Shown here one piece after another: positions 12,268 through 25,800 of a stretch of 64,000 nucleotides of DNA (positions are counted from its first letter, which is position 1; every line of letters starts with the position of its first letter). The position numbers and the translations under genes are program-made. Where the stretch lies: NCBI GenBank assembly GCA_036172245.1, contig JAYWIR010000021.1:1302001-1366000 (forward strand), written 5' to 3'. The notes beneath the pieces were generated by a model. That model did not search any database. It was not told where the DNA came from and saw only the letters and a program-made list of their open reading frames with translations. The stretch is from Raillietiella orientalis. Its lineage: Eukaryota.

Positions 12268-13824
12268 GGGCTTTTGCTGCGTGGAGTCCTGCTGCTGCCA
12301 CTTTACTTCCGCCTTCCCTCTACGATGTTGTTCCTTCCTCGCCTTCTTGGGAGCAAGGAAACTTCCTTTTCCGGACACTCCCGCTTCAAGCGCGCCTCTC
12401 CTTGCCGCGTTCCAGGGATCCACCGTTCGATTGCGCTTTCCGTCCGCAGAGAAAAAAAAAAAAAGGAAAAAGCGCCCATCGTTACAGGGTCCTCCGATTT
12501 CATGTCTCCACTTCCGGTCTGGGGTCCACTGGGTCTTCTCCTCCGACATAAAATATGGATGAGGAGCGAAGAAAGGAGGGGCAAAAAACTCGAGGGGCGG
12601 GAGGGAAGCCACGGGGTCGAGAGGGAACGGAAAATCGCTTGACGGGAGAGGTGCTTCCCGGAATACGCGGAGGGATCCCGGTACTCGGCAGAGAGCAGTT
12701 TAGCAGCGGCGATGGTGGGCAGCGAGCCGCAGCCCACGCAAACCAGGACGGGTCCGAAGCGTGCGAAGGCTCGGAGGTGTCCGCCGAGCGGGATGTTCGC
12801 AGCTCCCCCTCCATTCGGTTTTCCCCGCCTGCCGCTGCCTCTGGTGGGCGCACCTCTGGTGATTTGTATCGGAGGAACCTCCTTGTGCTTCTCTCTAGGG
12901 TGCACTCTGGCGGCCCTCGCGGGAGGCGCCTCCATCGAGCAGCCCACAAGAGATCACCTTCCCCAATCGGTGTACACGAGGTGCTCCTTCTCGGACCTCC
13001 GGGCACGAGGAAAAGAAGGCAAGGATCCTATTGGGGCATCTGCACACCCCTCCTCAGGCTGTAGGCTCCAAGCGACTCGGGACTGCTGAAGAGCGCCTTC
13101 CCAGCGCCTACGCGGATGGCTCGGAAGGAATGAACCCCGCTGCTCTCCCCACGATGGCGGCCCGCGGTGTGTGGCGCGCATGCTGGAGCTCTTTCGGCAT
13201 CGGGCGCGGCCCAGCCCTTGCTGCGAGGCCCGGAAGCAGAAGCGGGACGCACAAGGCTCTTCTCCGAGGATCGCCTCGGTCGGCGCGGAAAGACCGCAGA
13301 CGCTCATCCTGCAGGGGCGGGCGGGCGCACCTCCCGTCGGCATCCGGAGCTCCCCCACCTGCACCACCCATGCCCGCGAGGGAACCTCTTCCTCCCGCAC
13401 CCGCCCGCAGATCTCAACCTGCAGCCACCCGGGCTCGGGAGCTCCGCTGAGACGGCGGGATACTGGAGTGGCGCGCCCGTCCATCCCCCCTGCCATTGTG
13501 CTGCAGCCCGGGAACGAGTCCATTATGATGCTAATGGCGTTTTCCCCCGCTGCAGGTGTCGTGTTGCTCTCAAAAGGGCTGAGGACGGAAGGGGCTGGGG
13601 ACTTTATTTTGGAGGAGGAGCGACGCGTGCGTGAACCTCACCGGGACGCCCGCGGACGCGCATCCAATGACGCAGGGACTGGTTCCAGGTCCGAGAGGGC
13701 TGAGGGGAACTCCCCGGGGCAGTGGAAAGAAGGGCCGAGGCATGCTTCCGCTCGGCGGAAGGAAAGGGATAGGGCGCTTTTTCTTCGTTCGCCGGAGGGT
13801 TCTGCCGCCCTTCCTCGCGCGCAC

Positions 13825-16800
13825 CTAGAAGATATCTTCGTCGGCCGCGGGTGGTGCCTCTTGCTGCTCTCTCGGGCTGGATGTGGCCTCCTCCTCCGGC
13901 GCGGCCACTTCCTTCTGCCACTGTGGGGGGAGGAAAGGAGGAGGAGCGAGCTCTTCGCCACTGCTGTGGATCTCGCGGGAGAGCAGGGACCTCCTGGGGG
14001 GGCCGGAGGCGTCGAAGGACATCTGCTGGCGGTATGTGAGGTCCAGCAGCGCTCCGGTGGCGTTGCTGCTGAGCTTCAGCTTCTCTGTCAGGTACTCCGC
14101 CTCCTCGAGGCTGGAGCACAGAATAAGGTGGGCCTTCGCGGTGGCGTACAGGATGTACGTCATCAGGAAGGCGAAGCCGAATATGACGGTGGTGCAGATG
14201 ACGTTCCAGAGAAGCTGCAGGAAGGCGGTGGAGAGCGTGGTAGGGTTCCCGAAGCCGTAGAAGACGCTGGCGAACTGCCTCCTGTCGTCCTGCTTGCCGA
14301 AGAGGCAGACGGCGACGCTGCCCCAAGCGCCGGGGATGAGATGCACTGAGGGGAAAAAGAGAGACAACCGGCCGTCAGCAGGAGGCAGCTTCCGCGGGCT
14401 GCTGCCGAGCGGAAAGCCGCGCTGCTGCTACGGACTTCTTCCTTTCTTCCTCCCCGTGTTCCCTCCCTCCCTTCCCCCACGAGGGACTCACTTCCTACGA
14501 CATTCAGGTGGTCGTCCACGGGCAGCCTGTAGCTGACAAACTCGGACCACAGGAAGCAGATCAGCCCGCCGCCGAGGGAGATGAGGGCGCCGACCAGCGG
14601 GTGGTAGCGCGAGCATCCGGCAGAGATGGAAATCTGTTCGGAAACACCCGTCAGGCTTTCTACTCTTAGACGGACGCCCCTGGCGCGCAGCGGCGGCGGC
14701 GGCGGATGAGGAGCAGGCGCACCGGCGACCTGCCTAACCTCGCCATCTACTCCCAATCCGAGTCCTTGAGAGTGCACGATTCCGGAATTCGCCTCCGCTA
14801 GCCTGTCAGTGGGGGACGGTGGATGGGGGCCACCAGGCGCTGGTACGGAAGGGCGCAAGGCGGCGTCGATGGGCACTGCAAAAGGAATGAACAGAACGCG
14901 ATTGGAGGTCTTCTTTCTTGGACGGCGACCAATAGGCAAACTTGATCGCCTCAAGACCTCAAAACCCCAGGGAGGCAAGGCCCAGGTTCCATCCACAAGA
15001 TCGTCGCGAGAGCAACCCTCTCGAAAAAAAGAACGGAGAAGGCAGGAGGGCGGGAAGAAGCTCTGGAGAGGGAGACTTACAACGGCACGAAGAGACGCCA
15101 GGAACGTCGGTCGTGCCAGTCGACCTTCGACCTTCCCCCGAGTGACCAGCGTGGCTTCGCCCTTCCATACAAGTTTTGGCAGGAGGAACGAAGGCGGAGA
15201 CTCCAGAGGGTTCTTTCTGCCCTCCTCTGCTCTCCGACGAACCCGGAGAGCGGTCCTCTTCCAGACTTTCCTTCCAGAGGTTCCCGGAAGCGACCGAGAA
15301 TCGACGTCTGGTGGCGCTCGCACCGCGACATGGGAGCAGAACGGGGTGGAAGGAGTGACTTCCTCATCCTTCCGGCACCTTAGCCAGTCGCTCTGGGTGT
15401 CCCCTTCCGCGCAGCTGCCTCGCGGCCCGCGAGCGTTGGTGTCTTCAGCCACTTCCTCCTCTGCCCCTCCTGACTTTTTCCAGAGCCTACTCGAGACTGA
15501 GACGACTTCGATTCAGAATGCTCCATAAGGGAGGTGCGGATGGGGTGACAGAACGTGAGAGACCCTCGTCCTTTGCTTGGAAGAAACTCTGTCCGCCTAC
15601 GCACCGCGGTTTTACCTCCAGTGGGGCGCAACTAGACCCGGAGTCTGCGTGACCGACTCGACACAGGCGTGATCGAAAGGATCACGCCCGTGTCGCTTCA
15701 CTCTCTTCCTTTTCCCGCCTTTTGCGCCCTCGCTCACCCGCGATCCTATTGCACGCGTCGATCTGGGAACTGGAAGTTCCTGCAGGACATTAGGCGGGGT
15801 CTTTAGCAGGACACCCCTCCAAACGCGGTCCAAGGAAGACGGGAGTGCTCGAGGGGCGAAATGAAGGAGTCCACCGCTTCCTGCGACGAGACTTTCCTGG
15901 CAGAACCTTTGCATACCCCTCGCAGGCACAGCCCCGTAGATCGATTCTCCCAGGTAACAAGCAGTGCATACCGCCCTCTTGGGGTGCAGCCAGGCTCCTC
16001 CGCTTTCGCAGCATCCGGAAGGGGCCCTGAATCCCGACCCTTGCATCCGCGATTGCACCCGCTCTCGAAAGTGGGCCTTCTGGGACCTGTTCCGAAGCTC
16101 CCCTCAGGGACGACGCGTAGCGAGGACGACCCCAGAGGAAAGAGGAGAATCTCCCCTCTTGAGAAAGGGGGCGCGAGGCACACGCTCAGACGATTCCTGT
16201 CCCCCCCTCCCCAAAGGCATTTTCTCCTCACGGACTGGGTACCCGGCGGTCGAGGCGCTGCTCCGGGAGGCCTCGCAGACCCGGTGCGCACCCAGGGAGA
16301 CTCCCGCTTTGGACGTCGTCGCCGACTGTGCCTTCTGCCCCCCCCCCCACGACCCCCCCACACACCCAAGTGGCAACGGCCCGTTCCCCCGAGGAAGAGC
16401 TTCGAGGCGGCAACCCGCTTCCGAGGCGGAAGCGCCGGCGCCTCGGGGAGCGCCCGCCGGCGAGGTGGTGGCGAGGCCGTTCCGCTTCCTGCCCCCCGCC
16501 CACTGTCGCCGCCAAACAGTCCATCCTCTCGCTCCTGCGTGCAGGCGCCGCGTGCTCCAGGAAGACGCGGACCGTCCTCTTGCACTCCCAGGGAGCATTT
16601 CAATCCCAGTTCGGTGGCGATGCTTGAAGCTTCTGCGCAAGCGGATGGGTCTCGTGGGGTGCCTGCTCTCTCGAAGTCCCTCCTTACGAGGACAGAGGTC
16701 AGCAGCGATGCCGGAAGCGACCTGACCTGGAAGAAGGAGGTCTACGCTGGGGCAAAACCACGGCTGCCCGTTCAGCGGGAGCGAAAGGAGAAAGACTCTC

Positions 16801-19800
16801 GGGCACGGGAGCCATAGGGCAAGGAAGAGACTGACTGTGGCAGCCACGATCCTCTGACGGAGGTGGCCAGGAAGAGTTTCAGAGAAATTCCTTCCTGACA
16901 TCTGAACGAGGACTCTTGCGGGACGCCCTTGCGACGATTCTGGCGTCCTCTTTGCTGCCGTCACCGTTGCGTGGGCCCACACTTGGCTCCTTGGGCAGAA
17001 GAAGCCCGTTCAGGCGAAGATCCTCTTCCTCACCCCTCCCACTAGCTCTTCTCCCGAGAGCTATCCTATCGGACTCAGACGCCAGGGGCGTTAGCTCTGT
17101 CCCAGTCCAGGCTGATGACATGAGGAGTTCCGTGGGTCCAGCTTATATCCCCCTCCTTCTCCTCCTTTTTCTTCTTCAGGATAGGAAGCACCCCAGGATG
17201 GGGTCCGCCCTATGAATCCAGGAAGGGCTCGGAGTCCATTCCTCTCACGCTTGGGGAGGGATCCCCCCGGACGGGGGGAATCGCACCTCCCAGCCTGGTT
17301 GTCTCCGAAGGGGAACCCCGAAGGGAATCTCCTTCCTCATTCTCTCCGGAGGGACACCCCCCGTAATAGGGGTGGTCCTCTCCATTTCAACTTCTCCGGA
17401 GGGAACCCGCAAGGGAACCGCTCCTGTTCACTCCTCTGAAGAGAACCCCGAAGGGACGCTTCGGAAACTCAAAAGGGGCGCTGCAGTTTCCCGCAGGGAA
17501 TCGCTCTCGCTTGCTTCCTTCTGCACTCTGTGAAGAGTGCGACGACTCGGAGGGTCCCCCCCGCAATAGGGGGGGTCCGCTCCTTTGAACAACTGGAGAG
17601 GTGCCCCTGAGGGCTCCTGCTCCATCTTGAAACCGGAGGTGGTCCCCCGGTGACGGGGGTCCACTCTCCGTTGCACACCGGAGGGGGAACTCCCCACTCC
17701 TTTATTCCTGGGAGGACCCGAAGGTCGACTCCCATTGTTCCGGCCTTCATCGGGAGGCCGCCGGCTTTATCCACCGCTGGGGCCACGCCCGAATGTCTCG
17801 GCCAACCAGTGCTGTTGCAGTAGAAACTCGGAACCCAAACGACGCAGTGGCGTCAAGTTATCTGCCGAAATATTCGAACCCGCGACGCATTGTGCCCCGC
17901 GCGGAAGCCTTGACCACAAAGCCTCCTCCTTTTTCTCCCTCGCGCTTTTCGCTCCCCCCACGCTGCACTACACGGCACGCACAAACTCCTCTTGGCAGTA
18001 CATCGTCGGCGAGCAAGCGGGGAACGATGCCATTGGTCACGTACCTGACCCGCCAGGGAGCAGGTGCAAAGGGTGATGAGCTCGGGGTACGTCTCCAGCT
18101 TCCCTCCGAAGAAGAAGATGGATCCGAAGACAGCGACGAGGCCCCCCACGGAGGCTGCCAGGATGCTGTTGATGACGGAGACCGAGATGCGGTCCGTCTG
18201 GCAGATCTGCTCGTTCTCGGACATCTCGAAGATATTCTCGTGGATGTAGTACTCGAAGCCGTTGAAGTTGGTGTAGCCGATCATCACGAACATGTAGCCT
18301 GCGGACAAGAGCCCAAGTTGGCTCTCTGGGGCAAGCGGGTCGCTGCAGACTCACCCACGAACATCCAAATGGGACCCGTGGTGGAGATGCTGATGGCACC
18401 GCCAGCACTCCGTCGCTTGCGCAGCACCATGAGCGCCGCCAGCGCCGCCGCGCCGCCGCACACGTGGATCACGGAGCTACCCGCGTCGTCCTGCAAGGAA
18501 AGCGCGCGCGCGTTCCTGGGAGTAGCTCCGGCACTTGGAGGAGCGCCGTCAGGAGACGGGGACGCCGGCGCCAACTTGGGAGCTACGGAAGGAGGCGGGA
18601 GCGGGTGAAGGGATGCCGAATCCCGTGGCACCCTGCTCAGGGACCAGCAACGGGGACGACTCGGATCTGCCGCCCTCCGTTCTCGTGGGGACACGCCCAT
18701 CGAGACTCTCACCATGACCGAGGTTTGTCCTGCAGGGAACCCAAGGGGAGGAGGCTTTCCCTCTTCCCGCGGGGTGGGAGGGAGGGAAGAGGAGGAAGAG
18801 GGAGGCAGCGGCAGCCTGCAGTTCGGGAGACACGGCTTACAGTTTCTCGACTTCTCTGTATCCAGGCCGCTGTGAATTTGCCCCACCCCACCCCCCGCGT
18901 CCAACGGGCAAATGGGCGCGCGCCTGGCCTTGGCTGCCATACAGTCTTGGTTTCTGCAGCCGAGCATGACGCCATATTTTGCTGCTGTTGCTGCTGTCTC
19001 CTTTTGCTGCGCTCTGTGATGTGATCCCGACTCTCTACCCGTTTCCAAGGTCGACCCCAAGGCATCCTAAGCGCTTCTGATGCTTGTGCTGATATTCCCG
19101 CGGTGCACCGGCGGCTACCATGCGGCGGGCACGCAGTGCTCCATTCTCCTCAGTGTGCGTGGGCACCCTACCGGTTCCTGGAGTTTGTACCCTCAGCATT
19201 CGAAGTCCGAAGGAGTCTGTGGTCCCTGAGTGACTCGGAGAGGCTCCCGGTCCATGCTCTTTGGGTGCAGGGGAAGCGTCCATCAAACAGCGTCCCAAGG
19301 AGAACCCAAGCAGTTCGGGCCGGAAGACGCCGTTGGCTCGCGATCGACGACTGGGGCTCCCGCACGCATCGATCGCTTTCGAAAAGCGACGCGGGGATCA
19401 CGGCAGTCCTGATCGGGATGGCGTGTAGTGGTTGTTGGTAGAGACTTTGGTGGCTCTCGAGTCGAGAGTCTCCTTCAGGAAAGTGGCTCCCTCCCTTCCG
19501 TGCATACGGCACAGGAGGCACTCGTACCCTCTTCGTCGGCTGCGCCCTAAAAGGGCCTCTACTCTTTCGGGACGAGCGCCTCCGTAGGTTGCAGACCCTG
19601 GATGGACTTTAGACAAGCCCCATCCATGCTTAGGGCACAGAGAGGGCGGCTCCCCGTAGCTCGGGAAAGTATGCACTGCCAAGTAATCCAGCTGGAAGAT
19701 GCTCTCCCTCTCTCTTTCCTCCTCTGATCCGCCTTTTCCCCGAGCACAGCACGTCAACCGCATGTCGATCATCCCTTCGCTCCTGCTGCGCCGCCTGGTT

Positions 19801-22800
19801 CTCAAAAGAAGACGAACGATCGGTAAGAAAGGGATGACGGTGGAAGCGAGGATGAAGTCCCTTTCCTTCCGAGAAGCGCAGCCTCCTAGCTTTGCTCCGG
19901 GAGCGCTTTAGGTGCTCGGAGATCATCGCTCCTACAGTTCTCTCCCCCTGCATGTCCCGACAAGAGCCAACGGGAAGGCCAAACACAGGGGGAACGGGGA
20001 GATGCGCGCTTGATCAGTCTCCCTTGGCTCCCTCCCCCCTGGTGTGAACAAAGGGGGTCCGCGAGCGTAAAGCGCCTCCAGGAGCTGCCTGAGAATGAGC
20101 GGGCGCACTCCATCTCCAAGGTCAACTCCTTAAGGAGAGACGATTCTCGGGGCGGCTTCCGGGGGTCCCTGCCAATCAGCAGGAGAGGAAGGGGGGAGAG
20201 CAATTTGTAGCCGAGCGAGCTCCGCTCCCGACAACGCCGCTACCGCCCGGTCCGAGAGCTCCGTCTCCCTTTTAAACCCGGGGACGGGAGCCGCGCGCGT
20301 GACTTGCCACGAAACGGACGCGTTCCAGCGGGAACGCCTCCTCGCTCGTCTTGAAGCCCTTCTTCATCCAGCCGTTCTCCGACCACGCCCAGTGGATGGT
20401 CAGAGGCAGGACAAACCCGCTCAGGAGGATCGTCTGGAGAATGTGCACGCTGTGGCTCGTGCGCCCAAGAGTCGCCGTGGTCACTATAGAAGCGATGACC
20501 ACTCCGAAAGAGTACTGGAAGTAGAACTTCCCCAAGTTGTTAGCCAAGTTCATCCTGGAATCTTCCTCCTCCGTGTGGCTCTTCAAACCCGAGAGCGCGA
20601 AGGTCGTTCTCCCGTAGAGACCGAGATCGTCGTCTCCCTGGGATAGGCCGTATCCCAGTACGAAGAAGGAGATGCCTCCTACAACTGGCAGAGACGACAG
20701 AGTCAGCTCGGGGCAGAAGTAACTGTAGGCGACCGGCAGGACGCGCCGCCTGGGAACAACGGATCCCGTGCGAAAGTGGTGCCATCAGCTTCGGCTGGGT
20801 ATGTGCTGCTTTGGCGAGCAGCCTGCTGTAACCGCGCCAAGTCCGTCCTTGGGGGGTGGCAGCCGACGGCCGAAGGAGGAACAGAGAGCGGCCCCGACGC
20901 GCGCGATTGTAACGAAACGTGGGCAGCCCACTGAGTCAGCTCTCGCCACTCCCCTAGACTATAGCGAAGCGTCCCCACGCGTCTCCGAACATGCTCTTCA
21001 TGGCCCTTTCCTGGCATCTGTCCAACGACACACTAGCGACCGTTCCCTCGATAGGGAAGCGTGGAGGAAATTCCATCAGGGAAGGAGGAACAATGGTGCA
21101 GCGGATTGTGGGGTCGCAAGTCTAACATGTTCTTGGATTCCTGAGAGCAGACCGGGACGAGACCAACTTTCTGGCACGGATCCGGTCTTCTCGATTTGAT
21201 ATCGGGAAGGTTCGGAAGATCATGACCCACCATCACCACCACAGCCCTGCAGATTTCCGGGTCAGGAACGAGGTCAGTTGATTCCGGAAGTCCCTGGGGG
21301 CCACCAGCTTCGGTGAGAGAAAAGGGAAGGGTTACGGTAATTTCGTTTCGGACTGCTCATGTAGGTGGGATTGGGAGGAGATCACGGACGGTCGAGTTCC
21401 GCGCCCTGGGGCAGTCAGCTAGTGCCCTCTTGTAGGAAGGGGCCAGTAGGATGTCGCGCCAACTCCATCCGACGAGATGGAAAACCTCAACGTTCCTCAG
21501 AAGTCGCTTCCAGCTGCTGATCTCTCTGTTCGCATTTGGCAGCGCAAAGTTCACCCAAGGCTTTTTGCGTTCGATGTTGGTCTCGCGGATACCCCCAGTG
21601 GACGAGGAGTTTGTGTGTGGAGCGGTGGAGGGAACATGGTGCGAGAGGCAGCAGCAACATCGGGAGCATCTGCACAGCGGAAAGGATAATAAACCCCTGA
21701 GAAAGAATCGCCTAAGCCAACGTTCGGGGACTTCGCGTTTGGCGCGCGCGCACAAGGAAGAAAATCGCTTGTAGCCTATGCAGAAGGCAGCACAGCCATC
21801 CCTTGTCACAGGTCGGCCGGACAAGGAGAGACTACACCTCGAGTCGGGCAGCAGCATTGGACTTTGGGTCATTTCCTGAGTCGGACGCCTCCAGTTCGCA
21901 GACCGTGGATTTATCCGTGCGAAGCGGCCTTCCAGTACCGATGCGGGCGCTTCGACAGACAGGACGGCGCCGATCGCCCGTGCAGGAGGCGAGGCAGATG
22001 GTAAGAACCTCCAGGTCGTATCCTCAAAGGATGTATCAACAACCAGAAGGTGGTTACGGAGAGGCATGAGCAGGCGAGTCAAGAAGGCTACCATGATTGG
22101 ACGGCCTGGGTGGCGGCCGCCAACCAGACTGTTCCAGGAACAGATTCAAGGGTAAAGCTGGATCTCGTGCCCCAGGCCGGGCGCCGGGAGTGACGTCGGG
22201 GGAGAAGAGCAAATGCCGGGAACTAGCTCTCCGTCGGAGGAGTGCCCGCGGCCTGTAAGCGTTCGTCATGGGATCTCTGGGGCCTCGTGATCAGGGAAAA
22301 GAAAGCGAGGTTGTTGAGAAAGACTCCCAAGAGTGGCTGGAGGAACACATTGGAAATGGAATGGTGAGTTCGAACGTTTAGCCTTCCCGGGATGCGTGTC
22401 AAGAGCACCGGAAAAATCACAGGAGCAGTTGAAGAGGGGAATACAAGCGAAGGAGCTGGCGGAACCTCCCCTCTTCACTACCTCTCCCCCCTTTTTTCCT
22501 CTCGCATGTACCCAAAGCCTATCGTACGCGCTGACCAGCTCCGGAGCGCCGCCGGTGCGAAACGCGGACTCTGGGGTGGACCGGCAGGCAAGCGGATTGG
22601 GAGTAGGGGGAAAGAAATGGGGCTCGGAGTGCTGGCATGCGCGGCGGCGTGGAAGGCCGTTCTGTTGGAAGGAGCTGCAGGGGAACGCTGGAAAACCGGC
22701 CAAACCAGACGGAAAACGGGCGGACTGTGAATCCACGACAGGTGGAGCTCAGGGAAGGTCCGAGGGTGATGGCACCGCCGCTTCGTTCGGTGCGAATGGG

Positions 22801-25800
22801 AAACGGTTCCCTTTGAGCTCCCTCACATGTGTGCCGTGAAGAAGCAGGGCTATAATGACCGTTGGAGCGCATTCCTGCCCCCACCTGACGTCCTCAAGAC
22901 TCGAACAGGTGCTCCAGCGTCGGCATATTTTCCAGAGGGGAAGTTTTAGGGGACGTGGGATCAAAATCGGGTTGCCCCTCTCTTCCTCTGTCGCAGAGGT
23001 CTCCCGACTTCTCCACTTGGAGGAAAGTGTCGCAGAAGAAGGGACGCGGTCCGCTCTCGGCCAGTGGCCTCCCCCCTTCCTTCCCGAAAACGCGCGCACT
23101 CCAAACGAGAGAGGACTGCTGGTGTTCCGGCCAGGACGGTGCCCGGAGCCGCCACACAGCTGGACGAGACGAAACTCTGGATTGGGATTTCAAAGGAAGG
23201 AGGAGGGGTATTCATCTCGAAGAGGGGTGGGTGGGGTAGTGGAACTGATCTAAGACGAGAGAGAGTCGGTGAGAAAAGAAAGGCCCGAGGTGTCCCGCTG
23301 AAGAAGTGCGATTAGAGAGATCTGCGCCGCACGCCATGCTTCGATAACCCCGGGACTTGGTAAGAGCGGGCCGGGGTGAAAAGGGCAATTCTGGGCTTTG
23401 CGGATGCTCAAGAAGGTCCACGAACGGCGCACCGTCGCCTAAGGCTGCTCTGCCCGGTCTGGTTTCTCGCGGCGCCGCGTGCCGATCAGCGTAATCGGGC
23501 CGAGAGCCGGCTGACTGCAGCCAAGAGGATTGGGGGGAAGGAACAGGGCTCGGGATGCTGACATGTGCGGCGGCTTGGGAGAGACCGTCCCGGCAGAAGG
23601 AGCAGCAGGAAAACTCTGGGAAACCGACCGCCGCCGAGCAAGGACTCTCGGGCGAAAGGGGATGGGATGGGATGGCTCACAGGTGGCGGAGTTCCAAGGT
23701 CGGTCACTCGCTGCCGGCGGGCTGAGAGAGGATTCTGCGGAATTTCAGGGACTCTCACGGCTCGCGTTTCCCGGTTATGATCCTGAGATCGCTTCCGGGT
23801 GCATCCGGGGAAATCTCTCAAGCAGCAAAAGGGGCTGACGAGGAATCCGCGGCTTCTCCGCCTGCTGGCGGCGTCTCTCACCCGGTTCGCACCCGGAAGG
23901 GCGCCTTGTTGACCGGCGGTGGCGCCAAACGCGACCGAGACGCCTCGGACCAACAACGCCGACGGTGGCGCCGTTGGGGCGGATGGGAAGGGCCGCGACC
24001 TTCCGTGAATGAGGGCTCAAGGGACCGGTGCGGGGGGAGCAACTGAACTGGAAGGTTCGACGCCGCGCCCCAAAGGGGCAGGTAGAAGGCCTCGACAGGC
24101 CAGCAGAGCAAGTCTCGAGTGGTTGCACTGGAGCAGAACGAGTCGGCTGCTGCTGCATGGAGACGAGGGCACGCCAGCGGGCGGCGGCGCAGCTCTTCGA
24201 GCCGGCTGCAGCATCCACGGCGCGGCTCCACGCGTCGTGGACGACAAATGGAAGCGCAGCTTGCAAGAGCAGTGCGTGCGCGGCCGACCCCGGATCACAT
24301 CAGGGGAAGGAGCGAGATTTGGACGCCCGTCTGCATTCCCGCGCGGTAACCCGAGAGGCTCCCATTGACCGCACCGGATTACCGGCGTAAGGTGGCCCCT
24401 GGTTGCTGATCTGCTTGCAAGCGACCAGGAGTCCTACGGGCGCGCTGATGTGGCAACGCCGCATGAACCAGGGTCAGGAACGAGCAGCGTAGCCAGGGAA
24501 GTCGCGTCGCAGGCCTCGAGCGTGCTCGCGCGCTCGGGAGAAGGGATGCGGATCCAGCTTCTGGATCCGCATCCCGCGCGACTGGGAGGGATTCCCCGGA
24601 CCACTTCTGCTGGATGCGGTGCACGTCGCGAAGCACGGTGCTCCCCCGAGAAACCCGGGTTCCCACCGAAGGCTTTCGCGTGCTCCCCGCCAGATGCCCG
24701 TCGTTTGCTCGGGAGGATCCGTCGGCCGGTTCAGCGGCTCCGCCCTTCAGCAGGCCACGTTCGCTTCAGCTCGCACCAGCCAGCCACGGCAACCGAACCG
24801 CTCTCGAAAGCCAGAGGGGAGTTGGGAAGTCAGGTCGGGATTCCGGCCGCCGCAGAAGCCGCACGCGGCTTCTGCGGCAATTGCGACCCGGTCGCGCACA
24901 ACGCACCGCGCGTCCCGTTCAACGGCGCCATGTCGTGAGGAGCTTTTCCAGGGCTAGCGAGTGGGCTCCACCGGGCGAAAGAGGCGTCCAGCCTGCTTCG
25001 GAAGGGAAGCGAGGGAACCGAGAGATGAGTGCCTCCGACCCGCGAGGAGCACGCAGCGGCGGTCAGGGAAGCCGTTTCCTTGCTGCCTCCTAGCTGCTGG
25101 CGATTCGCGCGCAAGAAGCGCGCGCGCCCGTATGGACCATCCACCTCGTGGCGCATCTTGCAACACAGGAAAATGAACATGGCGGGAGCCTCTTTCTTCC
25201 CCCCCAACCCTCATCGAGGCAACTTCTCTCCGTCGCTCCAGGAATCGCCGCCGACGCGTTCCCCCCCTCTTCCTGTAGGGACTTTTCCGAGCGCCTTCCT
25301 GCCACCTGCCGTCCCTACTACGGTCACAAACCGAATCCGGAAGCTCACGGACGGGCCTATGCAGCCGCAAATTCGACATCTGAAGGTCCCTAATTTCGTG
25401 GTTCGGTCACGCCCGGCATGAATTAGTTTTCGTTACTAAAACATGAATTCCGGAATTCCTCGACGAATCCAATGGAAACGCGCAGACGAAAGTACGCGTA
25501 TGCGTGTAACGCGCAACACGTGCACACGCAATGCGAACACGCACGCGTATATTCGTCCACGGATAAAAATGCACGGATGGGACGCGCGATTTGCTAACGA
25601 ACGGCTTCGCTGTGGTGAAAACCGTCACGAGGCGCGTCCGTTCCGCCATCTTGGAAGGGAAACCGTGAGGCGGCGCGCTCCGATCGAACTTCCGGTGTCC
25701 AGCAAGGAGGCTCAAGCCGCGAGAAACACACTTACCTAAATTGATGAGGGCATGCGAAACGATTACGTGTGTTTTTCGAACTGAAGTAACTCCAATCTGT

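Noticed and set aside
13171..14349. 392-aa plus-strand ORF
   Set aside because: Antisense shadow of the last Amt exon and its 3' flank.
17253..17733. CRISPR-array or hammerhead interpretation of the hairpin array
   Set aside because: Repeats not identical, linkers too short, no cas genes, eukaryotic intron; the CTGAAGA...GAAAC near 17437 lacks correct hammerhead stems.
21033..22094. Protein-like minus-strand ORFs inside the large Amt intron
   Set aside because: Not needed for the Amt frame and no recognisable domain; possibly old TE debris but unsupported.
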